Shown: positions 10,465 to 22,264 of the stretch, piece after piece
Numbering within the stretch: position 1 is the stretch's first letter
Layout of the letters: each line of letters starts with the position of its first letter
DNA from: Octopus sinensis
Taxonomy: Eukaryota
Reading direction: 5' to 3'
NCBI RefSeq assembly: GCF_006345805.1
Contig: NW_021835182.1
Span: forward strand, 1-42,205
Length of the DNA: 42,205 nt
The notes under the pieces: generated by a model
Told to the model about the DNA's origin: nothing
Databases searched by the model: none
What the model saw: the letters and a program-made list of their open reading frames with translations, nothing else
Position numbers and translations under genes: made by a program

Positions 10465-10962
10465 GGGGGAGGACTCACAGCCAAATTGTTTGGTAGTAGA
10501 ATGAGATTAAATTCTCACACATAAAATAACACATCATAGAAGATACGAACAAATAAAAGAGAGAGATCTATTCTATTCAAAATTCTACTTGGCCTGCATG
10601 TGTGTGTGTTACTTTAAGATGAGCAGTGCTGGTTAGGTCTTTCTACTATACGCTACTTTGTAACCAACATGGCGGCTCTCCCCAAATAAGCGAGTCAGAC
10701 AAACAAACGTAACGTACATCTCTGTAAACCCAAAACAAACAACTGAATTAGGAATTGCTCAACGATGTTTATTTCTCACCGACACAGAACACGCTTCTCA
10801 TGTTAGTCACATTAAGTATGGTGGCCATTTAGGTTACTACCGTTTACAGTCTATCTTGAATAAGCCAGACCGGAAGATGTATCACACCGCCATTTTAGAA
10901 GCATCAGTCTTGGGTCGGTACTTCATTCACGTATAAATCTCATAGTATGTTATCAATAATGC

Positions 10963-11014
<52 letters not shown>

Positions 11015-11072
11015 CTATCTATCCATCCATCCATCCATCCATCCATCCATCCATCCATCCATCCATCCATCC

Positions 11073-11126
<54 letters not shown>
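10963..11126. repeat. Compound (TATC)n(CATC)n(TATC)n microsatellite
   Basis: Direct reading; a similar compound repeat lies at about 32158-32262. Confidence 0.95.
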
Positions 11127-11127
<1 letters not shown>

Positions 11128-11271
11128 GGTCTGTCTGTGTTTATATAAGTGCGTACGTATATATATATGCATGTGTGTGTGTGTGTGAGTGTGTGTGTGT
11201 GTGTGTGTGTAACAGTTTGTAAAGAACCTTTTTTATCTGGAAGCGTCGAAAGTGTTTCGTATTCTACAGAC

Positions 11272-11425
11272 AAGGAAGTAACATTTCGAACGCACCACAG
11301 CCATCAAAACAGTAGAAAGATTGGGTATTCCCCACGTGCTGGTAACTTTTTCCTTCTCATAAGGGTAAATACCCAATCTTTCTACTATTTTCACGGCTAT
11401 AGTGCGTTCGGAATATTGCTTTCTT
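11272..11425. repeat. Imperfect inverted repeat (about 58-bp arms)
   Basis: 11272-11329 pairs with 11368-11425, including AGTAGAAAGATTGGGTATT / AATACCCAATCTTTCTACT. Mismatches are almost all transitions. Confidence 0.85.
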
Positions 11426-11439
11426 AGCTTTCTTATCTG

Positions 11440-11479
<40 letters not shown>

Positions 11480-11752
11480 GCGAGAAAGAAGCAACAAGAA
11501 TGGATAAGTTTTTAGTACAATTTCCAAAGTTCATTTAATGAACTTTGGAAATCTGTTTATGTTACTTAATTATCTACATTACTTCATGAGTATAGCCTCA
11601 ACCACCAAGATGTCTAGAGAACTCACATGTATTTTAGCTGATGAGTACGGGACACGTTTATATGCTGCAATTTTTGCAACTTTTAATAAAGCCTGTCCTT
11701 GTATGAAACGATTGTACTAAAAACTTATCCATTCTTGTTGCTTCTTTCTCGC
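11480..11752. repeat. Perfect 42-bp inverted repeat enclosing a 31-nt palindrome and a hammerhead motif
   Basis: 11480-11521 (GCGAGAAAGAAGCAACAAGAATGGATAAGTTTTTAGTACAAT) is the exact reverse complement of 11711-11752. 11521-11551 reads TTTCCAAAGTTCATT-T-AATGAACTTTGGAAA. Confidence 0.95.
11632..11722 (+). ncRNA. Type I hammerhead ribozyme (minimal stem III, Penelope/retrozyme-like)
   Basis: Stem I TTTTAG/CTAAAA; core CTGATGA (11638-11644); stem II GTACGGGACA/TGTCCTTGTAT with a long structured loop; GAAA (11705-11708); stem III AC-GATT-GT; cleavage triplet GTA (11714-11716). Confidence 0.75.
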
Positions 11753-12380
11753 TTATAATCACCCCACATTACTGTATTGTTAAAACCGTATAGTTTTTTG
11801 GTGCATCTAAGTTAGGTACCATTTTCAAGTAAATTCATTTAAATTGACTTGAATCTTTATTGCTTTTTATATATATATATATATATGGAGATAGTAAAAA
11901 AAGTGTCTTGTTTACAGTTTCTGTGATTCCTTTTCCGTCGTATGTAGGGACTTTCGCTTGTAACGGCATGTTTCGGAATCCGGTGTATTTATAATTTTTT
12001 CCGTGAACGGATCTGATTTTTGATTCTTTAAAGTACTTGTGACGTCTTATTTTTCTGGTGCTTAAGTTTGTCGTTATGCCTGGTTGGCTTCCCAGTGGGG
12101 AACGGTCATCAGCCGTTCCAGTTGGTTGATTCTCTTAAAGGGTCAGCTTGTTGTAATTGCCGAAGTTCGGTTTTGAGGTAGAATTTCATTGGACTAGAAT
12201 TAAGTGACGTCAGCAACTGGTGTTTGTATTGTACTCTTGTATGGTGATTTTGAGTTGCGGTTTCGAAACCCGCATGGAAAACTGTTAAATTATGCCTGTT
12301 GTATCTGGTTGCTTTTGTTTTTTATTTTCTTGGAGAAATTAGGTCTTTTTTCTTTTTCTCTGCGGCGTTTTTTCTTCTTT

Positions 12381-12714
12381 CTAAAGGATATTCACCTGTG
12401 GTTTATATTTTTTAATGAGCATGTTTTCCTTATTTAAACGGAATTGGGTTGAAATGTTTCCGATGCATTAATAGAGAGGGAAAATTTGGTATTTCAGATT
12501 TATGTTTGCAAAGCATTGGTCTAGGCTTACGGGAATTTTCCTGGTCGTGGGGTCGCAGATTTGTTGTCTGTGAACCGTTTGTCTGTCCCTCAAGGTCAAA
12601 CTAGTTTTACTTGTGTACTCTCCACCACACCATCCACATTTGAGAACATAGATTAAGTTCTTCGAAGCAGAGGTGAAGTGATTTTAATATGGTAAAATCT
12701 TAACCTGACTTAAA
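12381..12714 (-). mobile_element. Penelope-like element remnant, C-terminal GIY-YIG endonuclease (pseudogenised)
   Basis: Manual translation: SKNLIYVLKCGWCGGEYTSKTSLTLRDRQTVHRQQICDPTTRKIPVSLDQCF..KYQIFPLY*..RLNKENMLIKKYKPQVNIL*. Shows the NLIY..C..C...Y, R.R..H, KE...I and P..N pattern of PLE GIY-YIG domains. Absent from the ORF track. The presumed 3' region continues to (TA)n at about 11887. Confidence 0.85.
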
Positions 12715-13896
12715 TTTGTATGCTGATCCCTCTAAGAGGAAGATGCAAGTCCCGCAGTTAGGGCGGTTGCACTTTTTGACTAGTGGGGTTGTATTTTTGG
12801 CGGGTAATTTGGCGCTAGTCCCTGCACACATTTCTCATCGATCACTACTGACACTACTGAATTTTAACAAGATTATCCACAATTTTCATATTATTGAATG
12901 TTATGAACATTTAAATCATATTTCATATTATTGAAACTTGTAACCATTGAAATTTTTAAACATGTTTTTCTAATTCATTATTTGAAATTTTTACCATTGA
13001 GAAACAAAAAGTATTGTTGAAACTAGTTTTGTATGTATGTGTGTATGTGTGTAAATAAATTTATTCAAAAACAATTACAAGTCTTTCAAACTTAGGTGCA
13101 TTTTCAACAACAAATTTTCTTATATTTTTTCCTGCATGGGAATACATCTCCTCCTCTGTTATATATATAACGATATATTCATTCATAAACTCACATGTGT
13201 CCCTGTAAACGTATCTAATAAAGCTCTATGTAAACATAATCTTCGGCAGCTGTAAACAAATTAAATTTATGTTAATGAATTCTTAATTATTTCTAATTAA
13301 TTATTCTATTTTATTTAACCACATGCAGCAACACGCTTTATTTAGAGTCATCACATATAATAACAAAATATGTAACAAAGTCCACTTATCCAAACGTATC
13401 CACACCATTTTGTTTATATTTTAATATTTTATTTCCCAGCGTCGAAGCTCCTATGTAATTTATTTATTTAACTGTTTATATTTTACTCAGACATGTATGG
13501 ATATTTTGACGTATGTCCCAGAGGAGAGTGGTTACATTTTCCATAATCCAGTCCTAACCCTAATGAAGTGTTATCCGTATTAAATCTACTGTATCTGTTG
13601 TGTAATCGTAAAATGAGAAATATAGTTATTACGTGAGCAATAGGATCTATATAGGTCACTAAGTCACTCACAAAACATTATGTGTGCGATAATACAGTAA
13701 CCTTGTTTTATGTTCTATCATTTTTCGAAATCTTCAAATACATATTGGGGCGAGTCTTCGAGGCCGGAGTGTCATTGAACAGAGAGAAATTCCGTACATC
13801 TGATACATTTTTCTGGTGTAAAATACGTTTAGCAGCTCATGAAGTGGGGGAAAATTAGATACCAACAGTATATAGACAACGCTGAAATGAGACAAT

Positions 13897-14374
13897 GGGG
13901 TGCGGTTGTGTGGACACTGACGATTTGGCACGACTTTTGATGTCAGTACATTTTGGCAGCCGATTTTGGTGTCGTTACTTTTTGGCACTGGAAGCAAACA
14001 CACACACACACACACACACACCACACACACACACACATACACACACACACAAATGCAGAAATATATATACATACAGATAGAAATAGTGAGGGAGACGGTG
14101 AAGAAGAAAGAGAGAGACTGTACAATTCATAAATTAGACACGATTGACATAAACACTTTCCATCTCACACACATAAAGAGAGAAAGGGGTAGATAGACAG
14201 AGATAGAGGGGTAGAAAGAGAAAAGAAGATGAAAACAGAGAGGGAGAGAGACGGAATAGGAGTGAACGAGAACGAGAGAAGCGTTAAAACGTCTGAGGTC
14301 AAATAGGTCAGTGTCGAATCTACGGCGCCAAATAAGCATCGCCAAAACAGCTGTGCCAAAACGTTTCATACTCC
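13897..14374. mobile_element. Possible foldback-type DNA element with repetitive inverted ends
   Basis: The left end has iterated TTTGGC(A)-like motifs (13910-13990) and the right end has iterated GCCAAA-like motifs (14281-14374) at roughly 15-nt spacing. The middle is microsatellite. Confidence 0.4.
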
Positions 14375-15076
14375 TATAGTAAACTCCAGTTATTCTAGTG
14401 ATCAGCTCTAGGTCTGTAAGGTGCGATAAAAATGCTTTGTAGCAATATTTCACTCACTACCTATCAGCAATTCACCAAGTGTATTTACCTACAGCAAATT
14501 TGGAGGATTAGAAATTATCATTTTAGTTTAGTTACTAACGAATTAATGAACAACTATAATCTCGAGTTGACCTAAAGCCCTTCAATGAAATTATGTGGAT
14601 GAAAACTGCATGGTAGCGCTCCTGATGATTGTACTTGTAATTCAAAAGGTACAGCTTTGTCATCGCGTTAATTCTGCTTGAGAGTACAAGTGTCTGTGGA
14701 ATACTCAGCCATTTATACAGTAAGCCTTAGTGTTTAAACAGGCCATATCTGACCCCAAATATTAACTCTACGATATCATTTTAAAAATTAACTCTACGAT
14801 ATCATTATAAAAATTAACAGTTAGCTCATCAAAATCTCAACGCTGTAAGATAATGCAGGATTAATTCAAAGCAATGTGAATAACAAAAAAAATACATTTG
14901 ACAGAATAATGTGAAAGCTAAAAACTTAATGCGGAAGCAAGTAAAGCAATTGATTTGGACAAGTGAATCTTCTTCGTCGATCAACGGAGATCCACCACCA
15001 TTTTCACTTTAACCAGATCTTTTTTCGGTTTTGCTTTGTGAACTTTTCGTTCTTTTTGCCGGGAGATGTGTAAATG

Positions 15077-15139
<63 letters not shown>

Positions 15140-15560
15140 CGTCTGTATGTTTGTGTGCGTTTGCGTGTAATGGTACCCTTAATTAATCAATTGGCCATTC
15201 CCATGACGGCAATAACGGGTCTTAGTGTTACTGAGTTAATTCTTCAGGAATGGCCAGCTACCGCTGCTAGACGCAAATTTCGATGTAACAGCAACCGACT
15301 AATTATTATATTATTTACATGGAGTTTCAAGTCCCATCTGACTGTGAACACAAACTTTGGCTTCCTTGGATAGAAGAACTTGACACTAATTAATGAACCA
15401 ACCAGGTTTATCCGGTTCCTAACTGTAACGATTTGATGGTTCGGCAAGTGGAACTGAAATTGAAGATTAAATATCCTGTCTACCGGTAATAATAATAATA
15501 ATAATGATAATAATAATAATATAATAATAATAATAATAATATAATAATAATAATAATAAT

Positions 15561-15772
15561 CCTTTCTACTAAAGGCACAAGGCATGACATTTTCGGGGAG
15601 GGGACTAGTCGATTACATCAACCCCAGTGTTTCAATGATACTTAATTTATCGACTCCAAATTGATGAAAAGCAAAGTCGACCCCGTCGGAATTTGAACTC
15701 AGAACGTTAAGACGGACGAAATGCCGCGAAGCATTTCATCCTGCGTGCAAACGATTCTGCCAGCTCGCTGCC
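15561..15772 (-). mobile_element. Nin/Deu-like-core SINE, monomer with (TTA)n tail
   Basis: Minus strand GGCAGCGAGCTGGCAGAATCGTTTGC head, GTTCTGAGTTCAAATTCC, GTCGACTTTGCTTTTCATC core; adjoins (TAA)n at 15487-15559. Confidence 0.85.
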
Positions 15773-15775
15773 ATT

Positions 15776-15814
<39 letters not shown>

Positions 15815-15819
15815 ACTAT

Positions 15820-16225
15820 TAGTACAAGGATGGCGGACGAGAGTACATTACATTTACAAAGCGCAAAAACGAAGGAAGTTTACTTAAAAACAAATACCAG
15901 AAAACAATTATGGAAAACAGCATATAAAAGAGGGGAATTGAAACATCCACAATAAGGGGTCGCTATCTGGGGTCAAAGAGAAAATTCACATACTTTTGAT
16001 TCCCCCTTCATTGCAATGCTCTCCGGGTCAATGGTGTGCTCTGGGAGGTTGGCCCTTTCGCTGAGCCCATTCATGCCAACTTTCGCGCCCCCCCCACCTC
16101 TCGGCAAATTTACTGCTGAGCTGTACGTACGTCTTAATTCTAAATATCCTCCTCTCGTAGTGGTAAGTGAAGGAGTTAATGGGGCAGCCTGGACGAAGAG
16201 GAGTATCCCTTTTCCAAAATAATGC
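15820..16225 (-). mobile_element. Possible heavily degraded LINE 3' end (L1/Tx1-like)
   Basis: GC-richer block ending in a T-rich UTR-like tract and a trinucleotide tail on the minus strand. The family assignment is from loose recall only; there is no clean reading frame. Confidence 0.3.
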
Positions 16226-16562
16226 AGAATTTAAGTTACGACCTCAGGTGAAAGAAACTCTTTGTTAAATATTAAATTCTCGACGTGACATTACGAGAAC
16301 GCAAAATCAATATTCGACAGATTATGGAAGACAATAAAATTGATATACAATAATAAGACGATTGTTTAATAAATTGAAGGGAATTCTAGCAATATAATTA
16401 AAAAGTAACTAGTAAATATTATTAGTACGATAAAAGAACAGATAGATATTTATTACTAAAAATCTACGAAATAAGAGACCGTAAAAATAGAGAAAATAGT
16501 ACTACTACTACTACTACTACTAATAATAATAATAATAACAACAATTATTATTATTATTTTTA

Positions 16563-16611
<49 letters not shown>

Positions 16612-17348
16612 GATAACAAACTTAAATTAAATAAAGTACTTAGAGATAATATTTACGAAATATAGGGATTGATATGAAGAAAAAAATATGAACGATATTA
16701 AATTTCAAAAGTTTAGAAATTCGAAGATATAAGTAAATATTTTAACAGAATCCATAAAAAGTATGGAAGACAATGAAAATAAATTTAATATAAATCAATG
16801 GAACAGTTTTGTAAGATGACAAGGGAGATTTATTAAGATATTAAGAAATAATTATTAGATAATTTTGGTGCAAAGAGAGGAAATTCATATACTTGTTGAG
16901 ACAGAATTTACAAAATGTAGAGTTTGATATCAACAAGAAAAATATTAAATTAAAGATTAAAGGTTCAAATATATAAGTAAATAGCGAATAGGTTATAATG
17001 GAAGATAAGATTAATATTATCTAGTATTGTAGATTAAGATAGATTAAAGCATAGAAGGTAAGTATAAGGAATAACAATATTAATATGCATACATTAAATA
17101 TTCTTTAAAATACATAATTATAGTTATAATACAGGTAAATACGCAAAAAAATATTTTTATACCTAAATATTGTATAAACATTATTAATATCTAAAAAATG
17201 TCCAAATATGAATCGTTATTGTATTCAAAGAGGTGGGACTCACTATATAAATAGTTAAATACAATTACTATGGTTATGGTTATAAATAATAATTACTAAT
17301 AAGAAGTGAAACTACCAATAAGCATAAGGCAATAGAAAAATAATCATA

Positions 17349-18014
17349 TACCACCACCATTGTTACCACCACCACAACTACAATCAGCAGCGTCTCCACC
17401 GTGGCCATCATACCTGTTTCAAGTATTTTAATATCATCCCCTTACCTTAACCTCAAATATCAAAGGTCTACAGTGGAGAACACACTATAACCACCAATAC
17501 CACTACCACCACTACCATCATCATCATCACTACAACAACCAACACTGCTAGCCTCTACATCACCAACATCATCATTATCATCACCACCGCCATCATCGTG
17601 AATATTAACGTTATTCTTCGCATCATCATCATCATCATCTTCATCTTCATCATCATCATCATCATCAACATCATCATCATCATCTTCATCATCATCATCA
17701 ACATAACCATCATCATCATCAACATCATCATCATCATTTTCATCATCATCAACATCATCATCATCATCATCATCAACAACAACATTAGACGCAGCAGCAA
17801 CGTATTCTCTACCATTATAATCATTTTGTTATCATCATCATCATCATCATCATCATCATCGTCATCGTCAAAACCAGCATCACTACATCATCGTCATCCT
17901 CCTCCAAGACCACCACCACCACCACCATTATCGTCATTATTGTCCCTATAATTATCAGTCATCATAATCATCATCAACATTATCATCATCATCATCATTG
18001 TAGTTGTCGTCGTC
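17349..18014. repeat. (CAT)n/(CAC)n low-complexity tract
   Basis: Direct reading; explains the poly-Met, poly-Ile and poly-Ser ORFs. Confidence 0.95.
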
Positions 18015-18307
18015 AAACTTATCAATTACAATATTTTCAGGAAATAAAATTTCCCAAAAATTCTACAAGGCTATATTTAAGAAAACTCAAGTATTGTTGA
18101 CGCCATATTCCCAGAAGGTATTGCATTATGGGCCAGTCATGAAGATCAAACAGAAAAATCAACTTTATTGCTTAAACACACTGACACGTCTTTTTTTAAA
18201 CACGTCTACACAAAATTTATATAGACGCAAGCTGACACATACACGCACATCGTTATATACGCACTATACATTGACACGCTGGATTCGGTTACTCACACTT
18301 GCGAAAG

Positions 18308-18311
<4 letters not shown>

Positions 18312-18394
<83 letters not shown>

Positions 18395-18535
18395 TATATA
18401 TATATATATACTTATATATAATATATATACATTATATATATATATATATATAATATACATATATATAATATATATATACCTTATAATATATATATATAAT
18501 ATATATATATATAACATATATAATAATATATATAC

Positions 18536-18574
<39 letters not shown>

Positions 18575-19162
18575 TATAATAATATATACATTTATATATA
18601 TACATATATATAATATTATATACATTTATATATATATATATACATATATATAATATATATATACATTTATATATATATATTACATATATATAATTATATA
18701 TACATTTATATATATATATATACATATATATAATATAATATACATTTATATATATATATATATACATTTATATTATATATATATATACATTTATATATAT
18801 AATATATACATATATATAATATATATATACTTTATATATAATATATCTATACATTTATATATATATATATATATACATTTATATATCTATAATATATATA
18901 TATATACATTTATATATATATATATATATCATTTTATTATATATATTATATATATATATCATATATGTATATATTATAATATACATTTATATATATGTAT
19001 ATATTATATAATATATATATATACATTTTATATCTGTATATATATATATATACATTTATATATATTATATAATATATAATATTATATATACATTTATATA
19101 TTATATATCTAATTTATATATATATATATATATACATTTATATATATATATATATATACATT

Positions 19163-19193
<31 letters not shown>

Positions 19194-19232
19194 TTTATAT
19201 AATATATATATATCTATATATAATATATATAC

Positions 19233-19270
<38 letters not shown>

Positions 19271-19497
19271 TATATATCTATATATATATATCTATATATA
19301 TATATATCTATACATTTATCTATATATATATATATATATACCTTTATATATATATATATTATATACCTACATTTATATATCTATATATATATCTCTATAT
19401 ATATTACATTTATTATATCTAATATATATCACCTTATCTATATATCTATCTATATATACCTTTATATATATATATATCTATATCTATGTATATATCC

Positions 19498-19531
<34 letters not shown>

Positions 19532-19933
19532 TTATATATGATATATATATATATCTATTCTACTCCGATAATATATTTATATTTTATCTTATCTCTATAT
19601 AATATTAATATATATACCTTTACATATCTATATATATATATACTTATAGATATACATTTATACATTTTATATAATATATACATTTCTATATATCTATATC
19701 TAATATCTTTATATTATATATACTATACTTTATATACTATATACATTTATATCATATATATATATATTATATATATATAACATTTATTATATATATACAT
19801 TCTATATATATATACATTTATATCTATATATACATTTATATATATATCTATATATCTATTTATATATCTACTACATTTATATATTTATATATCTATATAT
19901 ATATATGATCCATTTATATCTTATATATATATA

Positions 19934-19965
<32 letters not shown>

Positions 19966-20038
19966 CTTATTATATATATATCTTATCTATATATCTATAT
20001 ATCTATATATATAAAAAATATATGTATATATATATATA
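18312..20038. repeat. About 1.7-kb degenerate (TA)n array with recurring TACATTTATA units
   Basis: Direct reading; explains the YIYI ORFs. Confidence 0.95.
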
Positions 20039-20827
20039 GGCATCGATATTTTCTTTCATGCTGGAAAGATAAAAATACATTATACCTAAATAAGTATGTG
20101 TAAAGAAAGAGAAAAAGAGAGAGAGAGAGAAAGGGGAGACAGACAGACAGAAACAGCGGGTGGAAAAGCGAGATAGATTGACAGATACACACATACATAT
20201 ACTCACGTATGTTTGTGTGCATGTATAAGTATTATACGTATTTAAATATATGCATAGACGCGCTCACACGCAGACGCAGACACAGACACACACATTGATA
20301 TGAAAAGCTATTATTTCATTTTATATTCCGCCCAAGCTGCCTCAAATTCTAAACGCTTTTCTATTCTTACATCTTGACAAATAATTAATTGTAGACGAAA
20401 GCTTAGAAACGTAAGAAAGACACACAAACATAGAGATACATGCATAAATGTGTGTGTTTGAGTTAAAATATGTGTAGGTATATGTTTGTATGCATGTGTA
20501 TATATCTGTCTATAGATATAGTTATCAATATATCAATACGTGTGTGTGTGAGTATGTAAGTTTGTGAGTGTGTGTGTTTGTGTGTATGTATCACTACGTC
20601 GTCCAGACTATCGAATGTTGCTATATATCGCTGGTCACAATGCACTTCCTCGCACTGTTATAACTTTCGAATGATAACACCTCGCTTGCTAGGCGGGCAG
20701 GCCTATTTTCTCCATCATGGAGCTATGTAAAATGAAGTATCTTGCTCAAGAACACAACGCACAGCCGGTCAGAAAACCGAAACTATGATATTGCGATCAT
20801 CTGTGCAACGACCAAATCATACGCGCC

Positions 20828-20862
<35 letters not shown>

Positions 20863-21099
20863 TATATGTATGTGTCGTGTTCCGGCTTAATTTGCCGACT
20901 CTTTATGTCTCCTATTTTCAGGAACAGCTTGATATACTGGTGAACAATCAATAACATTGTAGAGCATAAAGATTAAAATTGTAGTTGAGAAATAGGTAAC
21001 TGACGTGGTGGACGGTAAGCAATTTGAATATTGGAAAAGAATTACCTGTATCTTGAAGAATTACCTGTATCAAAACACTGACAATCATGACTGAACACC

Positions 21100-21543
21100 C
21101 ACTGATAACCCACGGAGGGTGATTCGACGATTTCCCCTCACAGCTGCACGCACATCTGCGATGTTTTTCTCAATTCTGTTGATTGCGGGACTCCTAGAAC
21201 GCTCGTCAATATCGACATTTTTTCGGTCATCTTGAAAACGTCTGAACTACTCGTACACTGTGTGCGACTAAAACACTCCTCTCCATACACTTTCTACAAC
21301 TCTCTGTAGGCTTCTGAACAGGTATCGCCATGACAAATTTATCTCTCATGGTCAATGCGACGATCACACGCTACACACTTTCCTTTCAAGCACTACTGTA
21401 AACAGCAGGAGTGAGTTAGAACGTGAAAGTTTAGTGTGCATGCAAAGCAGAGTTCGAACTCAGTCTGTGCCAAGCCGTTTCACTCAGCATACTTTAGCTT
21501 CGTTACTATGGCAACAGTCCGGATACTTATTGATCAGACCTAG
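21100..21543 (-). mobile_element. Mariner-family transposon, 5' remnant (TIR plus HTH region)
   Basis: Minus strand TA|CTAGGTCTGATCAATAAGTATCCGGACT TIR. Disrupted translation GDTCSEAYREL*KVYGEECFSRT..VYE*FRRFQDDRKNVDIDERSRSP..NIADVRAAVRGNRRITLR, a mariner N-terminal HTH pattern. Confidence 0.85.
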
Positions 21544-22194
21544 TATCTGTCAAATTTAGCCCAAACACCCTGTTGTGTGTATACACACACACACACACAC
21601 ACATACACGTGTGTGCCTGTTTGTGTGGGGTTTGTGGATACGTGTTTACGCACACACACACACACACACACACACTCTCTCTCTCTCTCTCTCTCTATCG
21701 GTTACAGTGAACTCGACTCCGGTAGAATATATAGGAGCAATACTTCAATAATACTTTCCTACGCACAACAGCCCCATTCATCCCGTAAGAACATATGTAT
21801 TTATATATGGTTGTGTGTATCTATGTGTTTGTGCGTGATTCAGTGTTGTGTGTGTGAGTAAATTTGTGTTTTTGTTTAAATACTTTCAAAGGAAATACAT
21901 CAAGGAAAACAAACCACAGCCCGCTTCCGGATTAAACACTTCCGAATATATTGCTTATTTTTCTTTTGGAGCGCCTGTATTTTTCTTTCAGGTTTTTTTT
22001 TTCTTTTTATTACTCCATTTTTTTTTATTGTTGTATAGAAAAATAAGGGGCTATGCCCTTGGCATTGAGATTTGTGGGAGAATAAGGGAGAAGCTATCGT
22101 GAGACAGGTTATTGAGCCCTAACGTTCGCAACAGAAGGGGTTGCAGTATCACTGATGGCATGCACTGCTTTCTCACTCAATAATAATGATGATG

Positions 22195-22239
<45 letters not shown>

Positions 22240-22264
22240 GTAATTTCAAAATAATAATAATAAT

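Noticed and set aside
12099-12119. Minus-strand CTGATGA in the Penelope-like 3' region as a hammerhead
   Set aside because: The box is the loop of a GGAACGG/CCGTTCC hairpin. The nearest plausible GAAAC is about 135 nt away with no stem II or intact NUH triplet.
15192-15256. TGGCCATTCC/GGAATGGCCA stem next to a minus-strand CTGAAGA
   Set aside because: There is no GAAA box in register; a 10-bp inverted repeat alone is unremarkable.
18004-20222. Long YIYI-type ORFs (also the HTHT, VCVC, LSIY, poly-I and poly-M ORFs throughout)
   Set aside because: They are translations of stop-poor microsatellites.
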